Below are positions 11,454 to 23,821 of a DNA stretch of 64,000 nucleotides, in pieces (positions within the stretch are counted from its first letter, which is position 1; every line of letters begins with the position of its first letter). The position numbers and the translations under genes are program-made. Source of the DNA: Balanoglossus misakiensis (lineage: Eukaryota > Animalia > Hemichordata); assembly GCA_040954595.2 (NCBI GenBank), contig CM082590.2:4464001-4528000 (forward strand). The letters are read 5' to 3'. The notes under the pieces were generated by a model. That model saw only the letters and a list, made by a program, of their open reading frames with translations. It searched no databases and was not told where the DNA came from.

Positions 11454-11552
11454 ATTATCCTGCACATCGACGCTGGCATTGGATTGCAGTAGAAGTTTCA
11501 CCACGTCACCATGACCTCTGGCTGCTGCATAGTGTAATGGTGCCCGACCACC
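11454..11552 (-). CDS. ROCO gene exon 4, ankyrin repeat (GGRAPLHYAAARGHGDVVKLLLQSNASVDVQDN)
   Basis: cccacag| and |gtaagt, 99 nt, canonical ankyrin consensus. Absent from the ORF track. Confidence 0.92.
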
Positions 11553-12027
11553 CTGTGGGAATACAACAAAAATGTGTCACTGAAAATCCCTGACTATAAC
11601 CGTCAAAGGGAACACGTTATGTTTTATTAAACGCCCCCTGTAGCACACATTCTGAAACATTCATGTTTGAGATGGCACAACATGTTTTGCCAACACTTTT
11701 TTTTTTGGCAAAACGTAATGGACATAAATGCATGATGTGGTGATATGGCAGTGTTCTTTGAGGGTACATTAACATCACAGGTATTCTTTTATTTAAGATT
11801 TATAACACGCGTGTGTTGTTTTCATTTGAAAATATCATCTGTACAATACCCTCAAACTGACAATGATCTAAATATTATAAAAGCCTAAACAGTAGTTTCA
11901 TTACCCCTTAAAAGAGCATTGGAATTAGCCAATCAAAGAACGCCAATTATGAATCAAAGGTAAGAAATATGCAGAACCACTATTGACATTCAAATGATTA
12001 TGGTGGACTTCAGCCAGACAATGTTTT

Positions 12028-12601
12028 TAGTCTCGCTAGCCAGACCTCTCTCTCTCTGTCATTCGACGGCATAGCCACATGAAGTGCGCCACGAGCAGCG
12101 AGGCCGGGAGAGTTGAGTGTCAAGGACGGCCTCGCCGCTTGTGGCGCACTTCGTGTGCCTGGTCGCGCGTCGACGTAGTCTGGTTCCCTGCCCCAATCCC
12201 ACCGCTGCCTCCGCTACGCTGAAGGGAAAGGGTCAGGCACGGCCTATTGTAAACATGGCTCTCATTGGTCAATACATACGAATATTAAGTTGTTAAGTTG
12301 ATAAGTTGTTGTAAGATACTCATTTCCCGTTCTCTCCTTCACCTCCATGAATGTTTATCATTCGATTTCAAACTTTACAAGAAACGAAACAAAAAAATAA
12401 ACTGCCTGGATGAATCTTGACTGGCGTACTGACATTGGAGGCATCCATCTTGTTTATGATCACGTGGTCTTCCCAGCTTTCTGGTCATGAAATCGGGCCG
12501 TACCTGACCCCTTTCCCTTTAGCGTAGCGCAGCCAGCGGTGGGATTGGGGCAGGGAACCAGACTAGCGTCGACGGAAAGTGAGGTCTGGCCAGTGAGAAT
12601 G
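12028..12601. mobile_element. Older TAG-terminated non-autonomous DNA transposon hosting a nested element
   Basis: Left end tagtctcgctagccagacctc is an imperfect inverted match to right end gaggtctggccagtgagaatg. There is an internal hairpin at 12076-12155. Confidence 0.6.
12176..12565. mobile_element. Nested 390-bp MITE with TAG...CTA ends and a 9-bp TSD
   Basis: TIR of about 70 bp: tagtctggttccctgccccaatcccaccgctg / cagcggtgggattggggcagggaaccagacta. GCGTCGACG lies on both flanks. Confidence 0.85.
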
Positions 12602-13275
12602 ACGTTTCTTTAGAGTCAGTTTCATGACGGTAACTACATGATGACGGTTTATGAAAGAATCTCACTTTGTAGATTTTCGGTTGAAAAGTTTGGTTTTTTT
12701 TCCGTTGAAAAGTGACCCTTCTGGGTGGCACATACCCGTACACATTCCTATGGGAGTACCCCCGGCCTGTTGTGCAGGATATATGGCACCCCAACATTTT
12801 ACAATTATTTATTTTCGGAGCTTTATTTCGCTTCGCCATTGTTACTGACAGCTATTACACTACAAGTTGTCACCGTGGATGTAGCAGTAATTAATGGTTA
12901 GGTCCGTAACTTTCCGTTCAAAAAGTTAACTATTGGTAGATTATTGATCGAAAAATCTAATTACGAATTTCGATATGAACACCCTGATCCCAACCACTCG
13001 AATATTTCTATATAGTGGTATGATATTCAAAAGTAAATTGGTTGGTCTCAAAAGAGATAAGAATTTAACTTGGCCGCAGGTATAGCCACGGTCCAATAAC
13101 TCTCCCTCAAACTCTTTCATACTGTTCATAATCCTATTAATGTGTGTCGGTTTATTGCAGTAACACTAGTTTAGTGATTGACATCCCGAAGGTCGTCAGC
13201 ACTACAAAATATAAGTACAGTGTCATCTTTTTGGCCGTTCGGGCTATTGGTGAGTGAGCATGTAAAGCCACTTAC

Positions 13276-13374
13276 CTCATCTTTAGCAATGACGTCAGCT
13301 CCATGGTCGATCAACAGTTGTGCCGCTTCCAGTTTATTTTCCCTGGCTGCTACATGCAATGCTGTCCATCCAGA
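13276..13374 (-). CDS. ROCO gene exon 3, ankyrin repeat (SGWTALHVAARENKLEAAQLLIDHGADVIAKDE)
   Basis: tttcag| and |gtaagt, exactly 99 nt (33 aa), canonical G.TALH.AA...LL..GADV. Confidence 0.92.
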
Positions 13375-13696
13375 CTGAAATTGACAAATTCATTTGAATT
13401 ACAACAAGCTATGTTCCAATTTTGGACTTGTAAGGTGGCATGGCTATCATTTCACTGGAATCGATTTGTAATTGTAAGTGTTGACTGATATTATGAGTTA
13501 AACGTGTGTAGCATCTATAGTTGTTTCAGACCAAAACACTCTATTGTTTCAGAGAACATTTATAACGTGTCCTATAGATTTTTCTAACAAGTGTAACACT
13601 ATTACATTCTAATATAATGTAGCGCACTATACATGTTTATGCAGACTCATAGGTGCAACAGGTCTTAATATCATTTCATAAATTACATTGATATGT

Positions 13697-13978
13697 TCAA
13701 ATTTTCAATCACACCAAGTACTCTAACAGATAAACATGACGGACGTGATACACCAGACACATACAATCCTAGTTTTTCTCTGTTGATGTAAGTTGAAGTC
13801 TGGCCCGCTATGAACCCAACATTGGCATGGGACATCTTGAAATTTTCAATCACACTAAGTACTCTAACAGATAAACATGGCGGACGTGATACACCAGACA
13901 CATACAATCCTCGTGTTTCTCTGTTGATGTAAGTTTAGGCCAAGCCCTCTATGAACCCAACATTGGTATGGGACATCA
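13697..13978. repeat. 141-bp tandem duplication in intron 2
   Basis: aattttcaatcacac at 13700 and 13841; both copies end in gaacccaacattgg.atgggacatc. Confidence 0.85.
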
Positions 13979-15190
13979 ATGAAATATTGATTGTTGCTAG
14001 GAAACAACAGAAAAAGAATTGTGGAAACAAGTCTGGACATTTCTCTCGAATTTTTCTTTTTTAATCGTACACATGTTAGTATCCATTGAATAGAACCGAA
14101 ATCTCTTTCTAGGTTTTATGCAATTTTAAACTCTAAATATTTGGGTTCACTGGATGAGTAAATTAAATTAAGAAACAGTACAATCATTAAATATGGGAAA
14201 AGGTCACATTTTGCACTTATGCAAGTAATATATTTTATGTATTGGATCCTAAGTAAATCGTTTTATGACGTATCTGTCATAAGTGACGACTTTTCTCTAA
14301 ATTTAAGGTTTTGATCAGGTGGATTGCCTCACATCAACTCTAAATCAAAAAATATGTTTTGCGAAAAACCGATATCAAAATGCAACTGAATCGGCAAAAT
14401 ATTCTCAATTGTTAACATTTCAAAACCAATTAAAGTACTTTAGTAGAAGTGATCATCAATTTCACTTCGTTTAAATCTTTTTTTCTCCAACATACTTTGT
14501 GTTTTCCTTGCACAACAAGTGATAGTAACCTAAGTATGTTAGCCCTATTTTCAAAAGAGATATTAATTTCTAAACGTCACATGACAATTTAGCTTTGGAA
14601 AAATATTTTTTTCTTTACTGGTACAGAAAAATACAGCGAGATAAATACTATGGTTTGTTGCTTACATGAGGGATTGGGACAAGAGATTACCGCCTGGGGG
14701 CAGGCTACATCCCTCGGTCGGCAACAGAGTTGACATTCGCTTGACCTTTCCTCAAGTTGATCTCAAGATATTCGGAAGATTGGATGCTTTTGATGGAGCT
14801 ATGCATGAATGGTCTACGGGATAGTTGAAATTCGTCGAATCGAGGCGAGGAGAAATAATTGATTTTGGGAAAATGACTTCCCACCTTGGTTACCCCTCTC
14901 TTTAAAATGTCAAATAGCGTATGTTATGTCTTGATTACTTTATTATTATTATAATGTAGATTTTTAATTACTCTGAGAAAAACAACATGGAAACATTTTT
15001 TGTGTGTGTTAGTGAGTACAGACATGAAATATAAAAGACTGGAAATCTTCTGAATTGAATTCAACTAGCATATGAAACACTGCAAAGGTTTTTAGTCCAT
15101 CAATGAAACTCAAGGACATTTCGTTTGCTCTATATCGTATTAGTTAATACTGCGGCATGACGTTGTAAAAGTGTGAGGGTGAATTCTTAC

Positions 15191-15307
15191 CCAGGTGAAG
15201 CCTGTACTCTTTTCACGGTATACACCCTTTGCATTGACATTGTGCCCATCAGCTATCAACGATTGAATCCTTGCAACATCACCATCCCGAGCAGCATCAA
15301 TCAGATC
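15191..15307 (-). CDS. ROCO gene exon 2, N-terminal ankyrin-like repeat (DLIDAARDGDVARIQSLIADGHNVNAKGVYREKSTGFTW)
   Basis: gttatag| acceptor, |gtaaga donor, 117 nt, open frame, ankyrin-like pattern L.AA..G...I..L...G.NVN. Confidence 0.85.
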
Positions 15308-15607
15308 CTATAACATTCAATGAAATATGCAATTGTTAATTTTTTCAATGTATTCAGTTAAATATATATCAAATGTTTCAGATCCTTGATTCTGAAAAAC
15401 CAAACACATAAAGACTGACACAGTGATAGCTATAAAGATATATCTTGACAATAAACTGCCACATCGCATTGAAATATTACTGAATAAATACAAACATGTT
15501 TCACTCCAGAAAGTACTAGATAATGGAAGTGCCCGGATGAGCGCTGAGCACTCTGCGCAACAATCTCAAGGATACACTGAATAAATGGAATGAAAGTATC
15601 ACCATTA

Positions 15608-16405
15608 GGCTGCATTCACAAACACCTCTGGAGGGGGGGGGGGGACGGGAGAATTCAATTTTTTTACCGTTAATTTTCACATGCCCCCCTCAACAACCCG
15701 AAATATTTTCAAATCCCCCCTTCTGAACTGCTTAAATTTTCAAATCCCCCCCCCATTCTCTTTCACACAGCAAAACACATCACCTATTTATCTTGTAAAA
15801 AAGAAAAACAGCGCTCCCATGAAAAGAATTTGAAACTGATGTTTCCCCTTATCAGTGAGTTTTAAAACTGAACATTGTTTTATTTTTTAAGTATTATATT
15901 CTGTGTTGGGAGACATTGTAAACCGAGAAGTGAAGGGGTTGGGGTTGGGAGGGGGTGTCCCCCTCCCACGTAAGAAAATTTTACAAAATACAGAGTTCAA
16001 AACTGCATTTTAATGAACCCAAAAGCAAATTAACTCAACTACCGGTATGTTGGGAAGGACAAATTTAACCTTCGGCGCTCAAAGTTAACATGGGGGGAGG
16101 GGGGGGGGCCAAGTCCCCTGACCTGGGACACTAGATAAACCAGTGAATGATTTAAAGGTGTTGATGAATGACGGGGGTGGGGGTGGGAGGGGGTGTCCCC
16201 CTCCCACATGAGAAAAATTTGTTTTATGAAGGGTTCAAAACTGCATTTTTGTGGACTCAAAATAAATATTTAGTCCTCAAAATTTTCAAGTCCCCCCCTT
16301 TACAGTCCCTAAATTATTTCAAATCCCCCCTTACATACCCTCAATTTTTTCAAATCCCCCCTCAATTCTCCTGCCCCCCCTCCAGAGGTGTTTGTGAATG
16401 CAGCC
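15608..16405. mobile_element. 798-bp MITE, PIF/Harbinger-like (TTA TSD)
   Basis: TIR ggctgcattcacaaacacctctggagggggg / cccccctccagaggtgtttgtgaatgcagcc, TTA on both flanks, and internal tttcaaatccccc subrepeats. Confidence 0.85.
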
Positions 16406-16660
16406 TTAAATCCATGAAACCCCTGTGTGGGCAAATTATTGGGTAGAGACAGAAACTCATGGGTCATGCAACGGCTTTGTTTCTGGTTGTTGATATGCCT
16501 CCCCCAAAAGTACCTTTGTCTATTGGATAGGGTTTGCATACATTCAAATAGCAAGCACAAGGTAACATGAATGGGCAACCAGTCCTGTTTTTCAGAAATT
16601 GTACTTACGCACATTTATAGTTTAATACTATCAATAATTGCAATATGTGGAACACAGTAT

Positions 16661-17010
16661 ACACATGACTGACAATGGGGGCAACAGTGTATTTTGATGA
16701 CCGAGGGCACTGCTAGTCACAACTAAACCAGTCTTGTTTTCCCGAGAGCATAGCCCGAGGGAAAACAGACTGTTTTGGTGTGACTGGTAGTCCTGAGGTC
16801 ATCAAAAATACACTGTTGCCCGAATATGTCAGTCATCATGTGTTTTGTAACACACCAAACATGGAATTATATCAAGACGGGGCAACAGTACCGGGCAGAA
16901 ACTGATCGAAATGATGCCCTGAGGAACAGTTCGAAATGACTAAGGTCACGTGACGGCGTATTGACGAATCACGATCGAGGGTTCGCTGCATGGTGTGTAA
17001 CAATAAGGGT
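16661..17010. mobile_element. Palindromic non-autonomous repeat, possibly Crypton-like
   Basis: Imperfect hairpin of about 180 bp (16661-16843) centred on tttcccgagagcatagcccgagggaaaa, plus a subterminal inverted match at about 16847 and 16991. The family assignment is inference. Confidence 0.5.
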
Positions 17011-17805
17011 TTTTGACCTGTAGAGCTGAATACAGAGTCATCAATGGTCAGCATCGGTAGCCACTGCATCTCAGACAATCATGAAGGAAGAATGTCGACA
17101 AATCCGTAAGAATCACTCAAATGTTTCCTACTTGGTGGTTGTTAGTGTGTACAATGTAATCCCAAATATTAGTTATCATTCTACATGTTATAATATGGAC
17201 ATTTATGCGATGCATCAAACCCCCCGGCAGCGATTAACCAACCCACCAGGGCTACAATTATTGCAGCTACTCATGGGGAATTAATAATTATCCACAACCC
17301 CTTATGACCAACACTGTGCACCATGCCTGCGTCACCCTGGATGAACTCATTTCGGGTCAAAGGTTATAATTTGATTTGGCGTCAATCTGACTGCCCCATA
17401 TATAGACACATTGCTAAACATGGTTACAAAGTAACACAGACATGGATTTCAATGGGTGTTTTATCTAAAGCTAGAACTCGCTCATAAAATTGTGTTTACT
17501 TAGGACTTGCTCAACCGGTAAAATTATTTTTGAAAAATATCGTCCAATGCAGACTTGGACTTAGCAGTTTTTGTCGCCAGTTGTAGTGAACGGAAAACAT
17601 TGTGATTAGTGTGACTTTTTTGTCAACTGGGTAATTGTTTATTTATGAATGCACTATCTAGCAATACACACAAACACTATATTTTCCGTGTGTCGGGCAA
17701 GCTGACCCGTTGAAAAATAATACATGTAAACCTATAAGGCACCGACTAGCGCCACAAGTCTAAACGTAACCGTCATATGTTTCGTGACGAAAATGTCTGG
17801 TTAAA

Positions 17806-18659
17806 CACGGTTACTAGAAGAAGACGGTTAGGAAACTCTATTGCTCGGAAGGTGTGAACGAGGTGTTAGCTAGGAGAGTACATGTCCGAACCGCTATGTG
17901 GGGTTGTATTGGGGAACGTAGCTAATTTTTGAACCCCTTCATCTGCCCTTTTTCGTCAGAGTACAGCGCCACTTTTTTTTGTACGAGTTCCATATAGGCT
18001 TATGGAGTGCACGGTCATAGTCTGTTGGGCTTGCGACACTCTACCATTGTTTCTTGGGTGGTTAACTTAAAATCCAGATTCAAATAGCGTCGAATTTTGA
18101 ACCCCTAGAATTCAACCCTGATGGTCGCATTTCTGTTTTTTTTTAATATATTTAGATATTTTACACCTTTTTGTATTGCATGGGCTATTTCGTTTATTCC
18201 AATTGGAATATTTCGTTGAGATTGCATACCCATTTCGATACAGTCGTTAACATTATCGATATAGCCTTTGGCGGCCATCTTGTTTGTTTTGGTTCGCATC
18301 GAATCTCTAGGGCACAGTCAAGACAAGGAATGTATGGCTTCATCATGTCCTTGAAAGTTCAAAATTGTCATAAATGTGCTGTGACTTTATAAATTATCCA
18401 CTCTCTGTTCTGTTTTCCTCAAATCTGGTGGTATACGTACTGTGCGTGCAAGCAATTCCGTAAACATGAGTATGGTTTGCTTTGGATTGTAGGGGTAATG
18501 ACGTCATTTTGACCGAGCGGTCAGTTATTCTGTCTGTTTATTCATGTGGCCAGGCTCGTTAGCACCTGATATCTTTCGTTTACACTAAGTGTTTACCGAG
18601 GCGAGCATCTAACAATGGAGAAAAAATAGTTTCCTAACCGTCTTCTTCTAGTAACCGTG
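17806..18659. mobile_element. 854-bp non-autonomous DNA transposon with CAC...GTG ends and a 7-bp TSD (possibly P-superfamily)
   Basis: Perfect TIR cacggttactagaagaagacggttaggaaact / agtttcctaaccgtcttcttctagtaaccgtg, with GGTTAAA on both flanks. Confidence 0.88.
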
Positions 18660-18827
18660 GGTTAAATTTACGTGCATGGGGTTGAAGGGAGAAATTTTGA
18701 ACAACAGTCCTCAGTCCACAAAACAAACAAAATATAAACCACTCATAAAAACAGTTGTCGTACGCGTCACTGCCAGACTTGTTGCATTTGGTGTGAAATG
18801 TCAGTTGTTATAGTTCAGTTCACTTAC

Positions 18828-18857
18828 CTGTGGATACTTATCTTCTCCAGAAGCCAT
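18828..18857 (-). CDS. ROCO gene exon 1 (MASGEDKYPQ)
   Basis: Minus strand reads aaccATGG (good Kozak context) ... CAG|gtaagtg. The exon is 30 nt, phase 0, and in frame with the next exon. Confidence 0.7.
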
Positions 18858-18996
18858 GGTTACGTTATAGACATTGTGTTGGAATACTTTAAGAATCTGG
18901 ATCTGTAGCACCACTCTGGAGTTGAACAAGTCAGCTTCGCAAATGTTCTATAATGGCGTCGTCGCCTACCTGGTCAGGTGATGTTGACAACAAGTT

Positions 18997-19098
18997 GGGG
19001 AAAACCCCGATAAATAAGGAAGTATGACAAGAGTTGGGTCAAAGTTCATAACGCCGTAAAAGTGTGGCATATACACTTCAATACTGTGGTGACGTCAC
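18997..19098. promoter_or_regulatory. Motif cluster upstream of the ROCO start codon: kB-like site, DR1 nuclear-receptor site and CRE
   Basis: GGGGAAAACCCC at 18997-19008 (minus strand GGGGTTTTCC fits GGGRNWYYCC). GGGTCA-A-AGTTCA at 19036-19048. TGACGTCA at 19090-19097. Confidence 0.45.
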
Positions 19099-21970
19099 AG
19101 CAGAATTCCTAGATTTCTGTTTAAATCACTAAACTAGTTGGCACATTAAACAACGATTTGATTATTTATGTTTTATGACAGTGCGAGCAGTGGAATGAAG
19201 TGGCCTATTCGCACTTCACAAGCTTAAGTACAGGACATAGTCTCGCTTTGCAAACTCTTCTCGCTTCACTAGTTCGCCACTGTCGGTGTGACAATGCGAG
19301 GAGCGAAGCCAAAAGTGTCTGGGGAGAACACAGTCGCATGAGGAGTGTGTGTTGTGTTTATACGACGATCACCTATGACACTTTTCTGTGTCATAGGCGA
19401 TCGCCATGTTATACAATTCAACCCCCGTGCGACTGTGGGGGAGAATCACTGCATTCCATTGTGATGACGTATACACAAGACAGGCAATGAATTCAACTAT
19501 TACAAAGGACCCTTGACCTAGTTGGCTTTCAGTCAATGCGTGTCGTGCCAGACAGACCGTGACAGGCCCCGTCGTAGTTGACAGCCCAGTGCAGTATAAG
19601 ATATTGTATACATGTACTATGCTGTCAACTACAGCAGTGCCTGTAATCATGTGATTGTGAGTGAATATCACTGCACGTGTACAACTACATAGACTATCGA
19701 GGATTTTGTTTCGTTTGTCAGTTGTGGGTGATTTCCTGTTAGTGCTGAGAAATTTAGTATTTCCCGTCTTTGAAAATTGGCATATTTTTCCAATATGTAG
19801 CATTATAGCCAAATACTACATTCTTGCCAACTGTGTCTTTAAATTTTGAATTGTTGCATGAGAGATTGAACATCAGAATATATTATATAAAAATGAACCC
19901 ACTCTCATACAATCAATTTTAAGTGGGCAATGACCTTTAATGTACTGTGCATTAAAATAAAAGATAGAATTCATAAGATATACAATTGGTAAAGCTTTTC
20001 TCAAATATATTTCAAGTGACCATCCAAAATAATCTATAAACTCAAAAATCTCTGGTAGAATGAAGCTGAAGCAAGTGCTGGCAATTAATGATTTATCTCT
20101 TATATTCTTTTTTTTTACTCATTTCATCACCATGGTTTAGCTCAAATGTATTGTCTTAATGGGACTTCTATAGAGAGAAATGGAGGTGAAAGGGTAAAGG
20201 TAAAAATTACAACAGTAAAAACCATGCTTGATTTTTTGATATAGCTGTTTAGATAATTTTACCATAGGAAAACTATACCTTGAGGTGTGCAAAAATGCTG
20301 ACTGAAAACGTAGGATGGGAACACTTTTTTCACTCTTCATGCTTAATTCAAAATATACAAGAAATATGTGGTTTGACAGGTCCCATACAAAATGAAGAGC
20401 GGAATATAAAGTAAGGGTACCTGGAGGAACGATAGGCGATATAATCTCTACCACGTTGTTTCATGAGTCACTGGACTGACCCATCAGGAGACTAAACTGG
20501 CCAGTTTATTACTTTTTGCCTTTAAAATACATCAACATTTTTCAAGATTAGAAGTTCCGGTACTCATAGCTAACATCACTTGTTGATGTGGTCAGTGGGG
20601 AAAACATTGTAAATTATGTATTTTGATGGTTTGCTGTAACTCGGATTACAGCAATTATTAATCAGCAGTCAGAATCTTTCAGCAAAAAAACTTCTGGAAA
20701 AAAGTTTGCTGCCAGAGTGAAAAGAAATTAAGTGGGCCAGCCCTAACTATAAAATTCAAGACAAATTGGGGAATTGAAGAGGCTTATCAATCTAGAATTT
20801 GTAAAGTGAGACATATTTGAAGCCCCATGAGCTGCCAAATTCCACATTCACAATAAAATACAAAAAATGTTTTCCCTATATCCCCATTACAATTTGCTCA
20901 ATCAAGGCACACTACTTGCATACCACAATAGTTGTGTACTCTTTGCATGGAGGCAGATTAAACAGGCATGGCACCCGTTTAATATATCACTTGTCCAAAT
21001 TGCAACATCCATCCACAATATGGCATTGACAAGATGTTCATTTATACCTAACAGTTTAAGCTTATTAAGATGGACCAATCCAAAGTTGGAAAGTAAAATC
21101 ATGAAAATAATGCAACAAGTGGCAGCTCTTGAGGATTTAAACAAGGGCAATTGACACATGACCCACAACACACGCACTGATAAGAACAGCAGTATAAGAC
21201 CCACGTTGACAAACAATTTTAGGCAAACATTGACCAGTTGTCATAAAACTTTCGGTCAATTTTATTGCTCTTATCAATAGAGAATGGCCTTCACCTGCAT
21301 CAGATTACATGTTGGAGTCAGTGAGACTCCATGTGTACCAGTGTCAAGTGTGTAATTGTTATCAGCACTGCTCAACTGCATTCGTACTTTTAAATTAAAA
21401 CTTAAACTTTGACTATTGTTCCTATTAGCCAACATCGATTGAATTGTTGTTCATATCAGCGCGCCCACACTCACTCATGTACTATGTAAAGAAGTGTAAA
21501 TGACATCCCTGTCCACACAACACCACTATAAAAGTCATAAGTTTTACCTTCCATTCACGAGGTTTCTGTGACTATTCTTTAGGTATTGTTGTTTTTGACA
21601 TTTCGATGGTTTCGTTTGAAGTTTATTGGTATGTACAGGTACGTATCAGAAGCAGTTTACTTTGGGTCGTAAAGATTAAATACTGTTTGTTCTATTGGCT
21701 TTACGCGTATAGACTTTGACGGAAACCACTCACCACACTTAATATATAGCACAGGGTGTTTGTTTAGTCGGCAGAAAAACACTCCACCACGATCAAGTAG
21801 CTACAAACATTTTTTAACCAGATCGTGATAAAATCGGAATTATCGTGAGCTACAGTTTATACATCTGACCAGGTTTCAAATCGTTATCATTGGTAATTAT
21901 GTAAACAAAGAACATAGCAACCACAACCAAGACAGAAAAACGGCCGAAAAATTCGATTCTTAATCCATTA

Positions 21971-23821
21971 GGCCAAAGTAAGTAAATTCTTTGTTTTGCA
22001 TCCGCGCGCGCGTAGGTTTTCGGGCTTTTTTGAGAAAAATAACACAAAACTCATTTGCATAAATTTCCAATCCACGGCGGTATTTTGTCGAAAAAAATGA
22101 CATTTCGACAAATGCCACTTTACGGCAGTCCTATTCTAATCATGGTGTGACGTAAAACGGTACGCCCTACAGCAACTGCGCATGCTCGTAGTTGAAGTCT
22201 GTCAACACACGCTGCTGGCTGCACGCGTCCTGTCGCCGCGCATCTCCTCTGTCTGCTGGGAAAGCCAGGGATCCCCGTGATTTAACATGAATGAAGCCAA
22301 CGAATAAGTCGTCCTAAAGGTTACGGAAAAAGATAAAACTATCCTTGACTAGTTCAGGATGGAAGTGACCGACGCGCAAAACTTTGCACGGCTACTGGAA
22401 GCCATGGTGAATGTACCATAAAGCCGGCCAGACAGTGTTTCAGTCGCCGATCGTCACCACCTCGTCTACCAAAGGATGTTTTTCACCTTTTGTGCGGCCC
22501 CATACCCAGGTAACTAATTTATCTTAGTAGAGAAAACTTTTATAGTCAAGCCAGAACACAATAATCTTTGTTGCTGTTTGATCACAGGGGGCTCTCCCTC
22601 CGCGATTTTGTTTGTTGTTATTGATTGGCATAATAAATAAATATGGTCAAAATTGTTTGTTGACATGTAAGGTATACTAGTATTCAACGGTCAGGGTTAG
22701 CGTGTACATGTATTCAACGGTTAGAGTAAGTGTTGGCATTTTTTCGATCCATGGCACTCCCACCTGACCGTTGAATACACCGTGACCCTAACCCTGACCG
22801 TTGAATATTATACCTAACATGTCAACAGACAAACGTGACCATATTTATTTATTATGCCAATCAATAACAACAACAAACAAACAAACAAAATCGCGGAGGG
22901 AGAGCCCCCTGTGGTTTGATTTCTGTCTTTTAAATCCAGTCACATGTTTTTTTGATTTTGTTAGATGTTTTCCTGGACAGTTTTTAAATATATTCATAAA
23001 GTGTGAAACAGTTATATTTGTCACATTTTATTTTCAAATATTTGATATTTAAAATTCATTTCATTTGTGATTTTTAGATCTAGGTCCAACAGATGATTGT
23101 GAGCATTACAAATCGTTCTGTCAGTGAAATGGTACTAGAGAAAGGGAGCATTTAAAGGGGGGGGTAAGCAAAAGAAAATTCTATGGTGGTAGATCAGTAA
23201 AAATAGGTGGTGGGACTGTGAAGTTCAGTGAATGTAGAACATTTGTGTTCATTGCAATACAGTCATATTTTAAGATTGAAAATTATCATCTCATGGGTTG
23301 GCATATGCATCATACTTCGTAGTGAGATGTTATCACTATACTCAAGCATGTTTTCGTATTTTGTTTACAGAATTTTCATCGTGATCAACCAAACTTGGCA
23401 GATGGAAGTTTCTCCACATTACTACAGTGCCAGATTGAATAGTCCTGATGTTTGATATGTTTGTGGGTCAGGAATCATCTCATCCCTATTACACCGGATA
23501 TGAGGGAACAGTACCAGTCTATCCAGCCAGTCTACAGAACTTGTAGAGACCGTTGCCACATTCAGCACACAAATAAGAAATCTAAAACTCGTAAAAGAAA
23601 AGCAAATGACAGATTAAAGGCTACAAATGACATTGTATTTTGATCATATTGTAGTAGTGTGTCACACTACTACATAAATGTGCATATTGCACGAGAAAAA
23701 CTCTGAAATAAAGGCAAACTAATTTTGTGTTATTTTTTGTGTGTGTGTTTTTTGACCGCTTACCCTCGTACCTTTTAGAATTTTGAGTGGACGCAAAACA
23801 AAGAATTTACTTACTTTGGCC
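21971..23821. mobile_element. 1851-bp non-autonomous PIF/Harbinger-like element, copy 1
   Basis: 33-bp TIR ggccaaagtaagtaaattctttgttttgc(a/g)tcc and TTA TSD (21968-70, 23822-24). The empty site is visible in satellite units at about 35979 and 39457. Confidence 0.9.
22583..22913. mobile_element. 331-bp foldback MITE nested in the Harbinger-like element
   Basis: cacagggggctctccctccgcgattttg / caaaatcgcggagggagagccccctgtg, inverted arms over 100 bp, 7-bp TSD GTTTGAT. Confidence 0.88.
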
